This document shows positions 13,131-25,342 of a stretch of DNA of 64,000 nucleotides, in pieces (within the stretch, counting starts at the first letter, position 1; every line of letters begins with the position of its first letter). Below the pieces are notes generated by a model, which worked only from the letters and a program-made list of their open reading frames with translations, was not told the DNA's origin and searched no databases. The position numbers and the translations under genes are program-made. Source of the DNA: Geosiphon pyriformis uo1 (taxonomy: Eukaryota; Fungi; Glomeromycota); assembly GCA_016748015.1 (NCBI GenBank), contig JAAOMT010000779.1:1-64000 (forward strand), in the 5' to 3' direction.

Positions 13131-14390
13131 AACTAAATTTAATGATTAATATACAATACTTCAAACTTTGTAATAGTGATAATTGGCCGAAATATGCAGA
13201 AATTCACGAATTTTGCAATAATTTACTGAAAAATAAAAAAAATTTAATGAAATTTATAATTAATTCTAAGAAATTCATAATTAGTTCTATAAAATTCATA
13301 GAAATAAGTAAAAGGAGAAAAGTGCTAGAATTTAAGTAAATATAATTCAAAAATATATAAAAGAAAAGCTTTTCTCTTCAAAAAAAAATATCTTAATATC
13401 TAATAGTCTTAGATTAGATAACAAGATACAAACCAAACAAAAATAAAAATATTCTTTTGAAAAACTCAAAAATTTTTAAATATTTCTTTGAAATTTTATT
13501 TTAATCGAAACTAAACTTTAAAATTGACTAGCTACCAATTTCAATAATTCATTTTTTTTTTTTTAGGTCTAAACAAAATTTATGCAACTAAATTATCTCT
13601 AATTATTAACAAAGCACATTTTTTTATTTTTTTATATTATCACGAATTATTAAAAACCTATAATTAAACAGACACTGTAAAAAAATTAACTTTTATAGCA
13701 AATTTACTACATAACCTATTGAAAAAACCTGTATTTGAGAGATTTTTACAGAAAAGTTAACTTTTAATACAAAGTAACTACAGAGAATAATTGGCATAGA
13801 ATTGATTATTTCATCATAAGCTTAATAGCATAAACGATTTTCAAAGTATAAAAAATACTTTGAAAAAAAAAGTTATCAATTTATTGAAGGTTTTATTATT
13901 AATATAGTAGTATTAAAACCACAAAAAAAGCAAAAAAAATCTCTGATAATAGTATGAAATAAGACAATATTTATAGAACTGCATATTAAAATTAACAAAT
14001 TATTATTTTTGCTCTTTTTTAATTGGTGTTAATAATTAATAATATTTATTTAACTCTATTGGATTGTTTAATATTATAAAAAATAAGATTTGAACAAATT
14101 TTTTACAAATATATTTTTAATTATATTTATTTGATAATTACTATTTTTCAAATTTTGTTTTTATTATATAAATAACTATTTAAATAAAAGAGAGTATAAT
14201 TGTAAACTGCTTAAATTAAAATTTTTTTTTTATCTAGTTGTGAATAAAAATGATATATTAACATAATTTATTACATGTTTTTTTTTCTTAAAATGTTGTT
14301 TTTTATTTTTTTGTTGAAAAAATCTCTTTACAAGTTAAACAAAATTTGTTGTTTTATTTTTTTTGTTATTTTAAATAACTAAATCATTCT

Positions 14391-14915
14391 AAAATACATA
14401 AATAGCAATAAAATTTTGTTGCTATTAGGTATTTTTTATTATTATTATAATAAACACTTATAAATAATAGCTTTTTATTATAGTTAATACAGATAAATTT
14501 TGATTATTAATAATATAAATATCTAAAAGTGTTATATTAATATAATTAATAATTTAATTCTTAAGTCATCTATTTAAAAAACTTGATAAGTTTTCAAAAT
14601 AAAAAAATACATAAATAGCAATAAAATTTTGTTTCTATTAGGTATTTTTTATTATTATTATAATAAACACTTATAAATAATAGCTTTTTATTATAGTTAA
14701 TACAGATAAATTTTGATTATTGATAATATGAATATCTAAAAGTGCCATATAAATAGTATATTGTTATTATAATATTTTCTTTTTAGTGTAATAATATATA
14801 AGTAAAGATAATAGCTTGTGATTTTTTTGTTCTTTTTTTTTATATTAATATAATTAATAATTTAATTCTTAAGTTATCTATTTAAAAAACTTGATAAGTT
14901 TTTAAAATAAATTTT
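14391..14915. repeat. Diverged local tandem duplication inside the Gypsy relic
   Basis: 14391-14605 repeats 14604-14915 with a ~90-bp internal deletion and a few substitutions, nearly all transitions. Confidence 0.8.
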
Positions 14916-16222
14916 TTTTTTAAGTTAATAAACAGTGTCTTACTAATTGTTTTAAAATATTTCTATATTGTTAATATTTATGTATAATATTCTTGATAGT
15001 TTAATTAAAGCTCTTAAATATTTTAATTAAATATGATATTTGTTTTAAATAATTAGTTATTATTAATAAATGCTTAATATTATATAACTTCTATAATAAA
15101 AATTTTAATATTGTTAATTTTAAAAAAAATTATTAATTTTACTTATTGAGATTTTTATAACTTTATTAGCAATAATAATATATATATTAATAATTTAATT
15201 AACTTAATAACTTAATTAATACATAAGTTATTTTGTAATAATACTGTTTATTAAATTACTATTAAGAATAAATTTGATAAATTGATTACTAATTTTTATA
15301 TTAATATATATATTAATAATTAATTTGTTTGAATTTAAATGGTTTTATTAAAAAAAATTGGTTTTGTTTTTTAATATAAAAAAAAATATCAATAAAAATA
15401 TTATTTTCAGTAATAATTATAAATAAAATATTGTTATTATTGNNNNNNNNNNNNNNNNNNNNGCTTTTTATTATAGTTAATACAGATAAATTTTGATTAT
15501 TGATAATATGAATATCTAAAAGTGCCATATAAATAGTATATTGTTATTATAATATTTTCTTTTTAGTGTAATAATATATAAGTAAAGATAATAGCTTGTG
15601 ATTTTTTTGTTCTTTTTTTTTATATTAATATAATTAATAATTTAATTCTTAAGTTATCTATTTAAAAAACTTGATAAGTTTTTAAAATAAATTTTTTTTT
15701 TAAGTTAATAAACAGTGTCTTACTAATTGTTTTAAAATATTTCTATATTGTTAATATTTATGTATAATATTCTTGATAGTTTAATTAAAGCTCTTAAATA
15801 TTTTAATTAAATATGATATTTGTTTTAAATAATTAGTTATTATTAATAAATGCTTAATATTATATAACTTCTATAATAAAAATTTTAATATTGTTAATTT
15901 TAAAAAAAATTATTAATTTTACTTATTGAGATTTTTATAACTTTATTAGCAATAATAATATATATATTAATAATTTAATTAACTTAATAACTTAATTAAT
16001 ACATAAGTTATTTTGTAATAATACTGTTTATTAAATTACTATTAAGAATAAATTTGATAAATTGATTACTAATTTTTATATTAATATATATATTAATAAT
16101 TAATTTGTTTGAATTTAAATGGTTTTATTAAAAAAAATTGGTTTTGTTTTTTAATATAAAAAAAAATATCAATAAAAATATTATTTTCAGTAATAATTAT
16201 AAATAAAATATTGTTATTATTG
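14683..16222. other. Assembly artefact: exact 760-bp duplication around a 20-N gap
   Basis: 14683-15442 is identical by eye to 15463-16222. N-run at 15443-15462. Confidence 0.9.
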
Positions 16223-18710
16223 TTATTGGTCTTAAATAATAAATTTTTAATTATGACAAAAAAACTTAAATAGTTCTGAAAATTTGAAAAAATAACTATA
16301 TATTGCCTAAATATTTGGCTCAATTTCTTAATTATAAATTAACAATATTAAGAATTGATTAATAAGTAATTATTGTTAATTATTAATTCTATTAAACAGT
16401 TTTTGGTCTTGGATTTTAAGTTTAAGCTAAGAATTATAACTGTAATTGTGTTTGTAATATTAGTTTTTATAATAATAGTTAATAAATAATTAGTAATTAT
16501 AATTAAGAATAAAATAAGTATATAGACTGTAATTAGAATTGTTGTTAAGTAATTAATATATAATATTGTAATAATTAATATTGTTTTTGTAAAACTCTAA
16601 TTTTATAGTTTGAAATTTAAATCTTATAATTAAAGTTTTAATATTGATTTTCTAATTATTAATTACTTAATTATAACTTATAATTAATTTTTAAATGGCT
16701 TTATTTATAATAATAATAACAAATTCAAATTTTTTGCTGTAATTAGTTTGATAATAATAATAATTACAAATAGTTATAAAAATAATTATTGTTTTATTAA
16801 TTTTTGTAATATTAAAAGATTAATATATAGTTTAATTATTAGTTAAATATTTTTTAAATTTTTGATTAATATTATTACTAAGTTGTTTTAATTTAGTATC
16901 TAGTTTAAATAATCTATTTATTATTAAATTTATAACTTAAACATAATTAGTTTTAAGCTTGGCTAATTTAAAATTCTAAGTTAGTATAATTATTACTTAA
17001 AAATTTGTTAAGTGTATTAAGCATATTTATTAAAAAAAACTGTTATATAATTCTTTAATAAATTAATTTAAGATTTGTAATATTATATAATAATCAGTAT
17101 TAATTATCTAAATTTAGTGTAAGTAATAATAAAAACGTTTTAAATATATAATAATTGCTTTATTATCTCTTTGTTTAATGGTATTAAACTGTTTTTACAA
17201 TTAAATAATATTATTATAATTATTAAAGTTTTGTAAAAACACTATTTTAAAGTTATTAAATAACATAAACTTAGCAATAAGACTTTAATATTATAAATTA
17301 ATTATGTTTTAGAAAAAAATATATGTATTAATAATAAAACTATAAAAATAAATACTATTAATAATAAATTTATTGGTATAATTAGATCTATTAAGTTTTA
17401 AATTATTTTCAAAGTTTGAATTCTTAGAATTTAAAATATAGTAGATTTTATAATTAGGTTTTTTTTAATTGTCTTTTGATCTTAATTTTTTCTCTTAATT
17501 TAATATTTTTATAATTATAATAAAAATTAAAATTAGGTCTTAATAATAATAATTGTAATAATAATAATATTAATGATCTAAACTAAAATCCTTAAAAAAA
17601 ATTTTATATTTTCTAATAAGTGACTATTCTTAAAACAATTTTAAAAAATAAGTTCAGATCTTGCTATAAATATAAATACAATTTTTAATAAAATTTAAAT
17701 AATATTACTAAGTATATAATAGTATAATAGTTTTTGTAACAAAATAACTCAGAGTTTTTTTTACAATAGTAAAATTATATTTTTAATTATTATAATTAAA
17801 ATTTGTATTAATAAATTAAATCAAAAATTTTTTGTAATAAATAAAAATTTTTTTTTAATATATTTATAAATTTCTGTAAATATATTTACAAAATTGTATA
17901 ATTAATAATAATTAAAATGTTTTCTAATAGTTCTATAAAATTAGTTTTTATAGCTTTTATGTTAATTGATTTTTTATATTATATTTAATTTTTTTGTTAA
18001 TATAGAAATTAAATATAAATTTTTTGAAAAATAATTACAATTTAATCTTAAAATTTTTTGGAAATATTAATATAATAATTTTACAAATTTCAGGTAATAG
18101 GTTTTTGTAAATCTTAATTTTGTTATTAATTATTATTAATTAATGCTCTGTTTTTTGTAAATTATATTTTATAAAAAGCACTAAATATTATAAATAAATT
18201 TTTTGAATAAATTAATTGTTTTTATAACTTAGTATTCAAATTAGCTAATATTATAATTTAAAAATTTTAATAATGAGGTTTTTTATATAATAAATAATAT
18301 TTGGTATTTAATTTTTTAGTATAATAATTAGTTTATTTTGGTGTTTGTATATTTTTGGTAAGTAATTTTAGTTCTTATAATTATATTTACACTTTTTTTT
18401 GGTATCTTTTATCAAGTAATTTTTAATATTACAATTTTGGTGTTTTTTTAATCAATTAATAAAACAAAAAAAATAAACAAAAAAAAGTAATAATAAAAAA
18501 TAAAAATTAATATTTTGTTAATAATTATAATTAAAAACTATTGTTTTAGTATTTTTAAAAAAGTAATATTAACATTAATAATATTAATATAAATTAATTA
18601 AATTTTAATAAACTAAATTCAAATTTATAAATTAAAAGTTTTTAGATATAATTAATTGAAGTTTTATTAAATTAATTATAATTTAATTAAAGTAATAATA
18701 AAAACTATTA

Positions 18711-21700
18711 AAAACTCTTTGTCTCCTTAATTTTATAACCACGACCAGAGCAAAGAGTAAAAAAGCTGCACTTGATATCTGTCTTGAGATATCTAATAAA
18801 ATTTCAACCAGAGAAGCTCTCTCTGTTGTAGAAACAACTAGACAAAATGTTTTAGAAGCCTTCTCTTTACCCAGTAATCGTAAAAAGCTGCCTTTGGTAG
18901 CCACTGAATCAAATTTCTCATCTTTGGCTGGTTTTTCACCAGTCAAAGTTTCCTCAAAGAGACACACTTGGGTTAGTCCCAGTGTTGTTTCCACTCCGAC
19001 TAAGAGCCCAAAAGTTTTTAATAATAGACCAGTAAATAAGCTGGTCTTCTTCTCTATAGATTCAACACCTGGTGTTTCTGACACCACCTCCTCAAAAAAA
19101 ATGGTCAAAAAGACCAAAAGTTCAGAAAAGTGGGAGCAGTCACTTGCCTCTGCTATTGTTACACCAAACCCCTTTGTGGTTCTCAATGAAATCTCTATAA
19201 CATCATCCGGCATATCATCCAAGATGGGCCAAGATCAACCACTGGCTGTGTTGCCAAATGTGGTGTCTTCCAGCAGATCATCACTGGTTGTAGAAGCAAA
19301 ACAATCTCCTTCTGTTGGGTCACCTGTTTTTGGGAACTGGGCTGATCAAATAGAAACTGATTCATCTCTTTCTCTAGTTTCTGGTGCTACTTCTGGTGGT
19401 GCTTGAGAAACTATTACTAGTCATCAAAGGTTTGCTGGGTAGGTGGTCTCCACTCTGGTGCCTGGTGCTACTTTTAAGATCAAATTGGCTCATATTAAGA
19501 CTGTTTTTCAGTCTGTGCATGGTTTCTTAGGTGCTAAATCTGTTTCAAAAAACAATGTGAAGCTTTTTTGTATGAAATTTGCTTCTCAACTGTCTTTAGA
19601 AACTGCATTTCTAGTTAAGCTTACAAGCTCTGTTCATTTGGCCACTCTCAAAATTGCCAAGTCTTTGGTGGTTTCTGAATCTGGCTCCTCTCCTGCTGTT
19701 GTTGTGCTGCGTGATGTACCTTTGGGTGTGTCTGCTGCTGACGTTAAGTTGGCTCTCAGTGTGTTTGGTTGTGTCACTCATGTTGTGCTGAAGCCTGCTG
19801 GCATTTGACAGTATGTGGTGGTTTATTTTGAAAAGTTGGACTCTGCTGTGTCTGCCTTGAANNNNNNNNNNNNNNNNNNNNAGATATCTAATAAAATTTC
19901 AACCAGAGAAGCTCTCTCTGTTGTAGAAACAACTAGACAAAATGTTTTAGAAGCCTTCTCTTTACCCAGTAATCGTAAAAAGCTGCCTTTGGTAGCCACT
20001 GAATCAAATTTCTCATCTTTGGCTGGTTTTTCACCAGTCAAAGTTTCCTCAAAGAGACACACTTGGGTTAGTCCCAGTGTTGTTTCCACTCCGACTAAGA
20101 GCCCAAAAGTTTTTAATAATAGACCAGTAAATAAGCTGGTCTTCTTCTCTATAGATTCAACACCTGGTGTTTCTGACACCACCTCCTCAAAAAAAATGGT
20201 CAAAAAGACCAAAAGTTCAGAAAAGTGGGAGCAGTCACTTGCCTCTGCTATTGTTACACCAAACCCCTTTGTGGTTCTCAATGAAATCTCTATAACATCA
20301 TCCGGCATATCATCCAAGATGGGCCAAGATCAACCACTGGCTGTGTTGCCAAATGTGGTGTCTTCCAGCAGATCATCACTGGTTGTAGAAGCAAAACAAT
20401 CTCCTTCTGTTGGGTCACCTGTTTTTGGGAACTGGGCTGATCAAATAGAAACTGATTCATCTCTTTCTCTAGTTTCTGGTGCTACTTCTGGTGGTGCTTG
20501 AGAAACTATTACTAGTCATCAAAGGTTTGCTGGGTAGGTGGTCTCCACTCTGGTGCCTGGTGCTACTTTTAAGATCAAATTGGCTCATATTAAGACTGTT
20601 TTTCAGTCTGTGCATGGTTTCTTAGGTGCTAAATCTGTTTCAAAAAACAATGTGAAGCTTTTTTGTATGAAATTTGCTTCTCAACTGTCTTTAGAAACTG
20701 CATTTCTAGTTAAGCTTACAAGCTCTGTTCATTTGGCCACTCTCAAAATTGCCAAGTCTTTGGTGGTTTCTGAATCTGGCTCCTCTCCTGCTGTTGTTGT
20801 GCTGCGTGATGTACCTTTGGGTGTGTCTGCTGCTGACGTTAAGTTGGCTCTCAGTGTGTTTGGTTGTGTCACTCATGTTGTGCTGAAGCCTGCTGGCATT
20901 TGACAGTATGTGGTGGTTTATTTTGAAAAGTTGGACTCTGCTGTGTCTGCCTTGAAGTATTGGTCAGTCTTAATAGGCAAGGATAGTATTAGAATCTTTC
21001 TTCTGGTGAATCAAAATGAGACTATTTTGTCTTGTGATAAGTTTAAGACCAAATTGGTCAACCTTCCCTCTGGTTGTACTGCCTTTGAAATCAGTAATAT
21101 GATTTCTCAGATTGGTGGTCAAACATGTTTCATTCCTCATTCTCCTAATTCTGGTCATTATTCCCAGTTTGCTTTGATTACATTTGACTCTCAAGGCGAT
21201 TTGAATTCTGTTGTAGTCAAGACTGGTACTCTAAGGAAATGCCGTATCTGGTGGGAAACTTCTGGCTGCTGGTGCTACTTTAGGTGTCAAGAAGTGGGCC
21301 ATCTGGCTGTGGATTGCAAGATTTCTCCACCTCCTACTCCTAAGGTTCCCAAGGTTTTTAAGTCTCATTTTGTGGGTGGTGTTTCTTATGTAAAAGCTTC
21401 TGCTTTCCTGGATTCTTCTGAGTTTTTTCTCTTGGCAGCTTCTACTTCCCCTTCTATGATTGTTGGTGATTTTTTAGTGTCTTCCTGGTTGGCTTCTTTG
21501 AAATTTAATTTGGTCAAGCTTTCTACTTTGGTTGAGTCTATTGTTAAACCAGTTGGTTCCTTGGTCAAATTGTTTGAGCAATTTATTAATGGGGATTTGG
21601 TCTCAAGCAGTAAACTTGGCCTTAAGGTCAATAAGATTATAGTGCATATGGGTTCTTTTAGTAAGATTGTTGGTAAGTTGGGGAGGGAAGTGGTTTCTTA

Positions 21701-22086
21701 AAAAAAAGAATGCTGCATGAAGGATATTGATATGTCTGGTGATTTAAAGCATCCAGTTGGTTTGGATGATGAGGTGTTTTCTAACTTGTTGTCCCTTTGG
21801 GAACATGAGTCTATTGATGTTAAAGCTGATGCCTTAAAAACAGCTGAATGGCTGGTTGGATTGGTTCCTTGTAGTGTAACTCTGTTTTTTATTATTCAAA
21901 AAATGTTATTTTTGGGTAAGTTTTCTTCTGGTGTATCAATGTAGTATAGCCTGAACTGGTTTGAATAGCTGATTATATGTAGAAAGTGCGTGAACTACAT
22001 CTAATTTAAGATCCTACGTAGTCATATTGTATTAGATAGTGGTTGGATCTTGCTCGTTAAACTCTAATAAATAAATAAAAAAAAAA
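18711..22086 (+). mobile_element. ORF1-only non-LTR retroelement, copy 1 (true length ~2.3 kb after removing the gap duplication)
   Basis: Single frame from 18735 (ATG mutated to ATA) to 21944 with several premature stops. RRM-like region and CCHC knuckle (YFRCQEVGHLAVDC). LINE-type 3' tail at 21945-22070 and poly(A). No endonuclease or RT. Confidence 0.85.
18787..20956. other. Assembly artefact: exact 1075-bp duplication around a 20-N gap
   Basis: 18787-19861 is identical by eye to 19882-20956, including the premature stops. N-run at 19862-19881. Confidence 0.9.
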
Positions 22087-22314
22087 CTAAATTAGTTTTT
22101 AAGTAAACTTGTTTTGTTTTTAAAATAATCTGTTTTTTTGGCTTTTAATACTTTTATTATATAAATATAAATCTTTATAATATGAAAATTTTGAAATTTT
22201 TATAATTTTTTTGAATTATTGTTGAAATTTTTGATATTGCATACTTTAATAATTTTTTATTTAATTATTAGTTATTTATATTCTTATTATTTTTCTGTTT
22301 TTTTATATTAATAA

Positions 22315-22690
22315 TAATAACTATTAACAAAATACTAATTTTTATTTTTATTATTACTTTTTTTGTTTGTTTTTTTATTGTATTAATTAATTAATTAAAA
22401 AGTGCTAAGATTATAATATCAAAAAAATGCATGAATATAGTTATAAAAACTAAAATTATTTATTAAAAAGTGCAAATATTAAAATAAAATCATTTATTAT
22501 ACCAAAAAAGTTAAATACTAAATATTATTTACTATTTTATTTATATATCTATTTATTATACAAAAAATTCTATTACTAAAATCTTCAAAAAAATTTTAAA
22601 TTACAGTATTAATTAACTTAAATATTAAATTATAGAAAATTTACAAATTCTATAAATTTATTTATAATATTTAGTATATTATAATTAAAA
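22315..22690 (+). repeat. Second decayed copy of the Gypsy 5' internal region, inverted relative to 18170-18530
   Basis: Aligns by eye to the reverse complement of ~18170-18530, for example tattaacaaaatactaatttttatt and aatttatttataatatttagt. Confidence 0.6.
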
Positions 22691-23050
22691 GTACAAAAAA
22701 TAATAAATAAATCAAATAAATTTTATAAGATTTAAAATTAATGCTTTTAATAAGTTAAGTTAAATTAAGTTTTGATCTGATTTAAATTTAATTTAGAAAA
22801 TTTTCATTTTTAAAAAATCAAGTTAAGTTTAATAACTTATAACTTAATTTAACTTGTTATTAGTTATATGTAAAAATTTTATTAAATTTTTAACTAATAG
22901 AAAAAAAAATTTTCAATTCATAAAAAACTATAAATTATGATAAATAAAGATAATTTTATGTTTATTATTAATAAATATTAAATACTTAATTCTTTTAAAG
23001 TTTTATTTTATTATTAATAATTTTTTTTGCTTATAAAAAACAGTATTAAT

Positions 23051-25342
23051 TTTTTTTTTATTATATTTTAACAAAGTGTATCCAAACATTATCTAATACT
23101 ATGCACCACTAAGGAATTACAAATTAGATGTGAATTATGCATTTTCTATATGTGACAAACCACCCAAGTCAGTCAAGACACTAACTAAGCTAAAACAATA
23201 GAAGATGGAAATAATCCCAACTCACAAATTTTTTCAATAACACCATTTAGATTTCTAGAATCAAAAATAAACTCATTAAGAAATAATCTAGTAGATTCAA
23301 CATTACCTCTAATCTTAGCACCCGACATCCGCCACAAAGCTATAACATGCTCAACAGTGTCTTTATTCAAGAGAGAAGGTTTGGCAGTCTGCATATTATT
23401 ATAATCCATGTTACCAAAGTCAACTTCAGATCTGAGACAAGCAATATCCTTAGATATACCAACCAAAAGATTAGCAAAATTGTTAGAAGCATATTTCATA
23501 GAAAGAAGATTTTTCTTAATCTAAACAGTTTTAACAGCATTATCATCAAAAAGACAAGATACTAAGACAACCAAAGAGCCAACAGGCTCAACAATAGATT
23601 TTACCAAAACAGTCAAATCCGAAATTTGCTTTTTCAAAGAGTTCAATCTGGACCCAACAGCAGGATTAACAATAGCCACAGAAGAGGTGGAAGCCACCAA
23701 AGAAAAAAATTCAGACATAATAGGAGAAGCAAACGTCTTAGCATAAGACAAAGAACCAACAAAACATGGTTTGAATACCTTGAGAGTTCTAGAAAAGGGA
23801 AATGAAGCAATTTCACAGTTTACAGCCAAATGAACTATTTTTTGACACTGAAAACAACGCCAACAATTAGGAGTCTCCTACCAGATATGGCACTTTCTAA
23901 GCATACCAGTTTTGGCAACAGCAAAATCCAAATCAGCTTGGGAGCCAAACATAACTAGAGCAAAGTGGAAATGACAACCAGAATCAGGAGACTGAGGAAT
24001 GAAACAAGTCTGGCCACCAACCTGAGAAATCATATCACTGATTTCAAAGGCAGTACAGTCAGGAGGAAAGTTGACCAACTTGGCCTTAAACCTATCATGA
24101 AACAAATAGTCTCATTCTAATTCACCAAGAGAAGGATTCTAACACTATCTTTGCCTACCAATACTGACCAATGATTCAAAGCAGACACAGCAAAGTTCAA
24201 CTTTTCAAAATAAACCACCATGTACTGCCAAACACCAATAGGCTTTAGCACAATACAAACAACACTACTAAACACATTGAGAGCTGTCTTAATGTTAACA
24301 GCAAACACACCCAAAGGTATATCACACAGCACAACAGCAGCAGAAGGGGAACCAGACTCAGAAATTACCAAAAACTTGGCAATTTTGAGAGTGGCCAAAT
24401 GTATAAAGCTTGTAAGCTCAACTAAAAATACAGCTTTCAAAGACATTTGAGAAGCAAACTCCACACAAAACAGTTTTACATTGTCTTTTGATACTGACTT
24501 TGCACCCAAAAAACCATGTACTGATTGAAAAACAGTCTTAACATAAGCCAATTTGATCTTAAAAGTAGCACCAGGTACCAAACTGGAGGCCACTTACCCA
24601 GCAAACTTTTGACGACTAGTAATAGTTTCCCAAGCATCACCAGAAGTAACACCAGAAATTAGAGGAGGAGATGATTCAGTTTTCATTTGATCAGTCCAGT
24701 TCCCAAGAACAGATGACTTGATAGAAGAAGATTGCTTTGCTTCTAAAACTAGTGATAATCTGTTGGAAGACACCACATTTGACAACACAGCCAGTGATTG
24801 ATTTTGGCCCATCTTGAATGACATGCTGGATGATGCTATGAAAATCTCATCTAAGATCTCATTGGGAACCACAAAGGGGTTTGGTGTAACAATAGCAGAA
24901 ACAAGTGACTGCTCCCACTTTTCTGAACTTTTGGTCTTTTTGACCATTTTTTTTGAAGAGGTAGTGCTAGAAGCACCAGATGTTGAATCTATAGAGGGGA
25001 AGACCAGCTTATTTACTGGTCTATTATTAAAAACTTTTGGATTCTTAGTCAAGGTAGAGACAACACTGGGACTAATCCAAGTGTGTCTCTTTGAGGGAAC
25101 TTTGACTGATAAAAAACCAGCCAAAGATAAGGAAGTTGCTTCAGTGATTATCAAAGGCAGCTTATTACGATTACTGGGTAAGGAAAAGACTTCTAAAATG
25201 TTCTGCCTAGTTGCTTTTACAACAGAGAGAGCTCTTCTGGTTGAAATTTTATTAGATATCTCAGGACAGATATCAGGTGCAGCTTTTTTACTCTTTGTTT
25301 TGATTATGGTCATAAAATTAAGAAGACAAAGAGTTTTTTTTT
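23051..25342 (-). mobile_element. ORF1-only non-LTR retroelement, copy 2
   Basis: ORF from 25313 to 23185 with premature stops and a 1-nt deletion near 24110. 3' tail plus poly(A) at 23051-23184. 9-bp TSD agtattaat at 23042-23050 and 25343-25351. Confidence 0.9.

Larger units (their letters stand above)
13850..18520 (-). mobile_element. Ty3/Gypsy gag-protease relic; possibly the 5' half of the 10780-13130 element
   Basis: Gag-like frame at ~16820-17290 (Y*SL..FNNFKIVFLQ..FNTIKQ..YLKRF..QILN*FIKEL). Degenerate CCHC knuckle at ~16675-16725. Aspartic protease FILNSNLINSII (LILDSGSAGSII) at 16032-16046, followed by AFINNN*L (ALVGNDWL). Cys-rich region at 14250-14750. Outer boundaries approximate. 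Confidence 0.75.

Noticed and set aside
14683-16222. Apparent second protease copy or 760-bp direct repeat resembling LTRs
   Set aside because: Same gap-overlap artefact; true old repeats in this region would differ by many transitions.
4500-18700. Very AT-rich DNA as a mitochondrial or Mollicutes-like endosymbiont insertion
   Set aside because: No organellar or bacterial genes were found; the segments decode as nuclear transposons.
18787-20956. Apparent tandem duplication of the ORF1 N-terminal half
   Set aside because: The copies are identical and abut a 20-N scaffold gap, the signature of unmerged contig overlap.
22740-22866. aagttaagttaaattaagt..aacttaatttaacttg as a decayed GAGTC-repeat MITE or the missing hAT end
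   Set aside because: Plausible, but too degenerate to define TIRs or a TSD.
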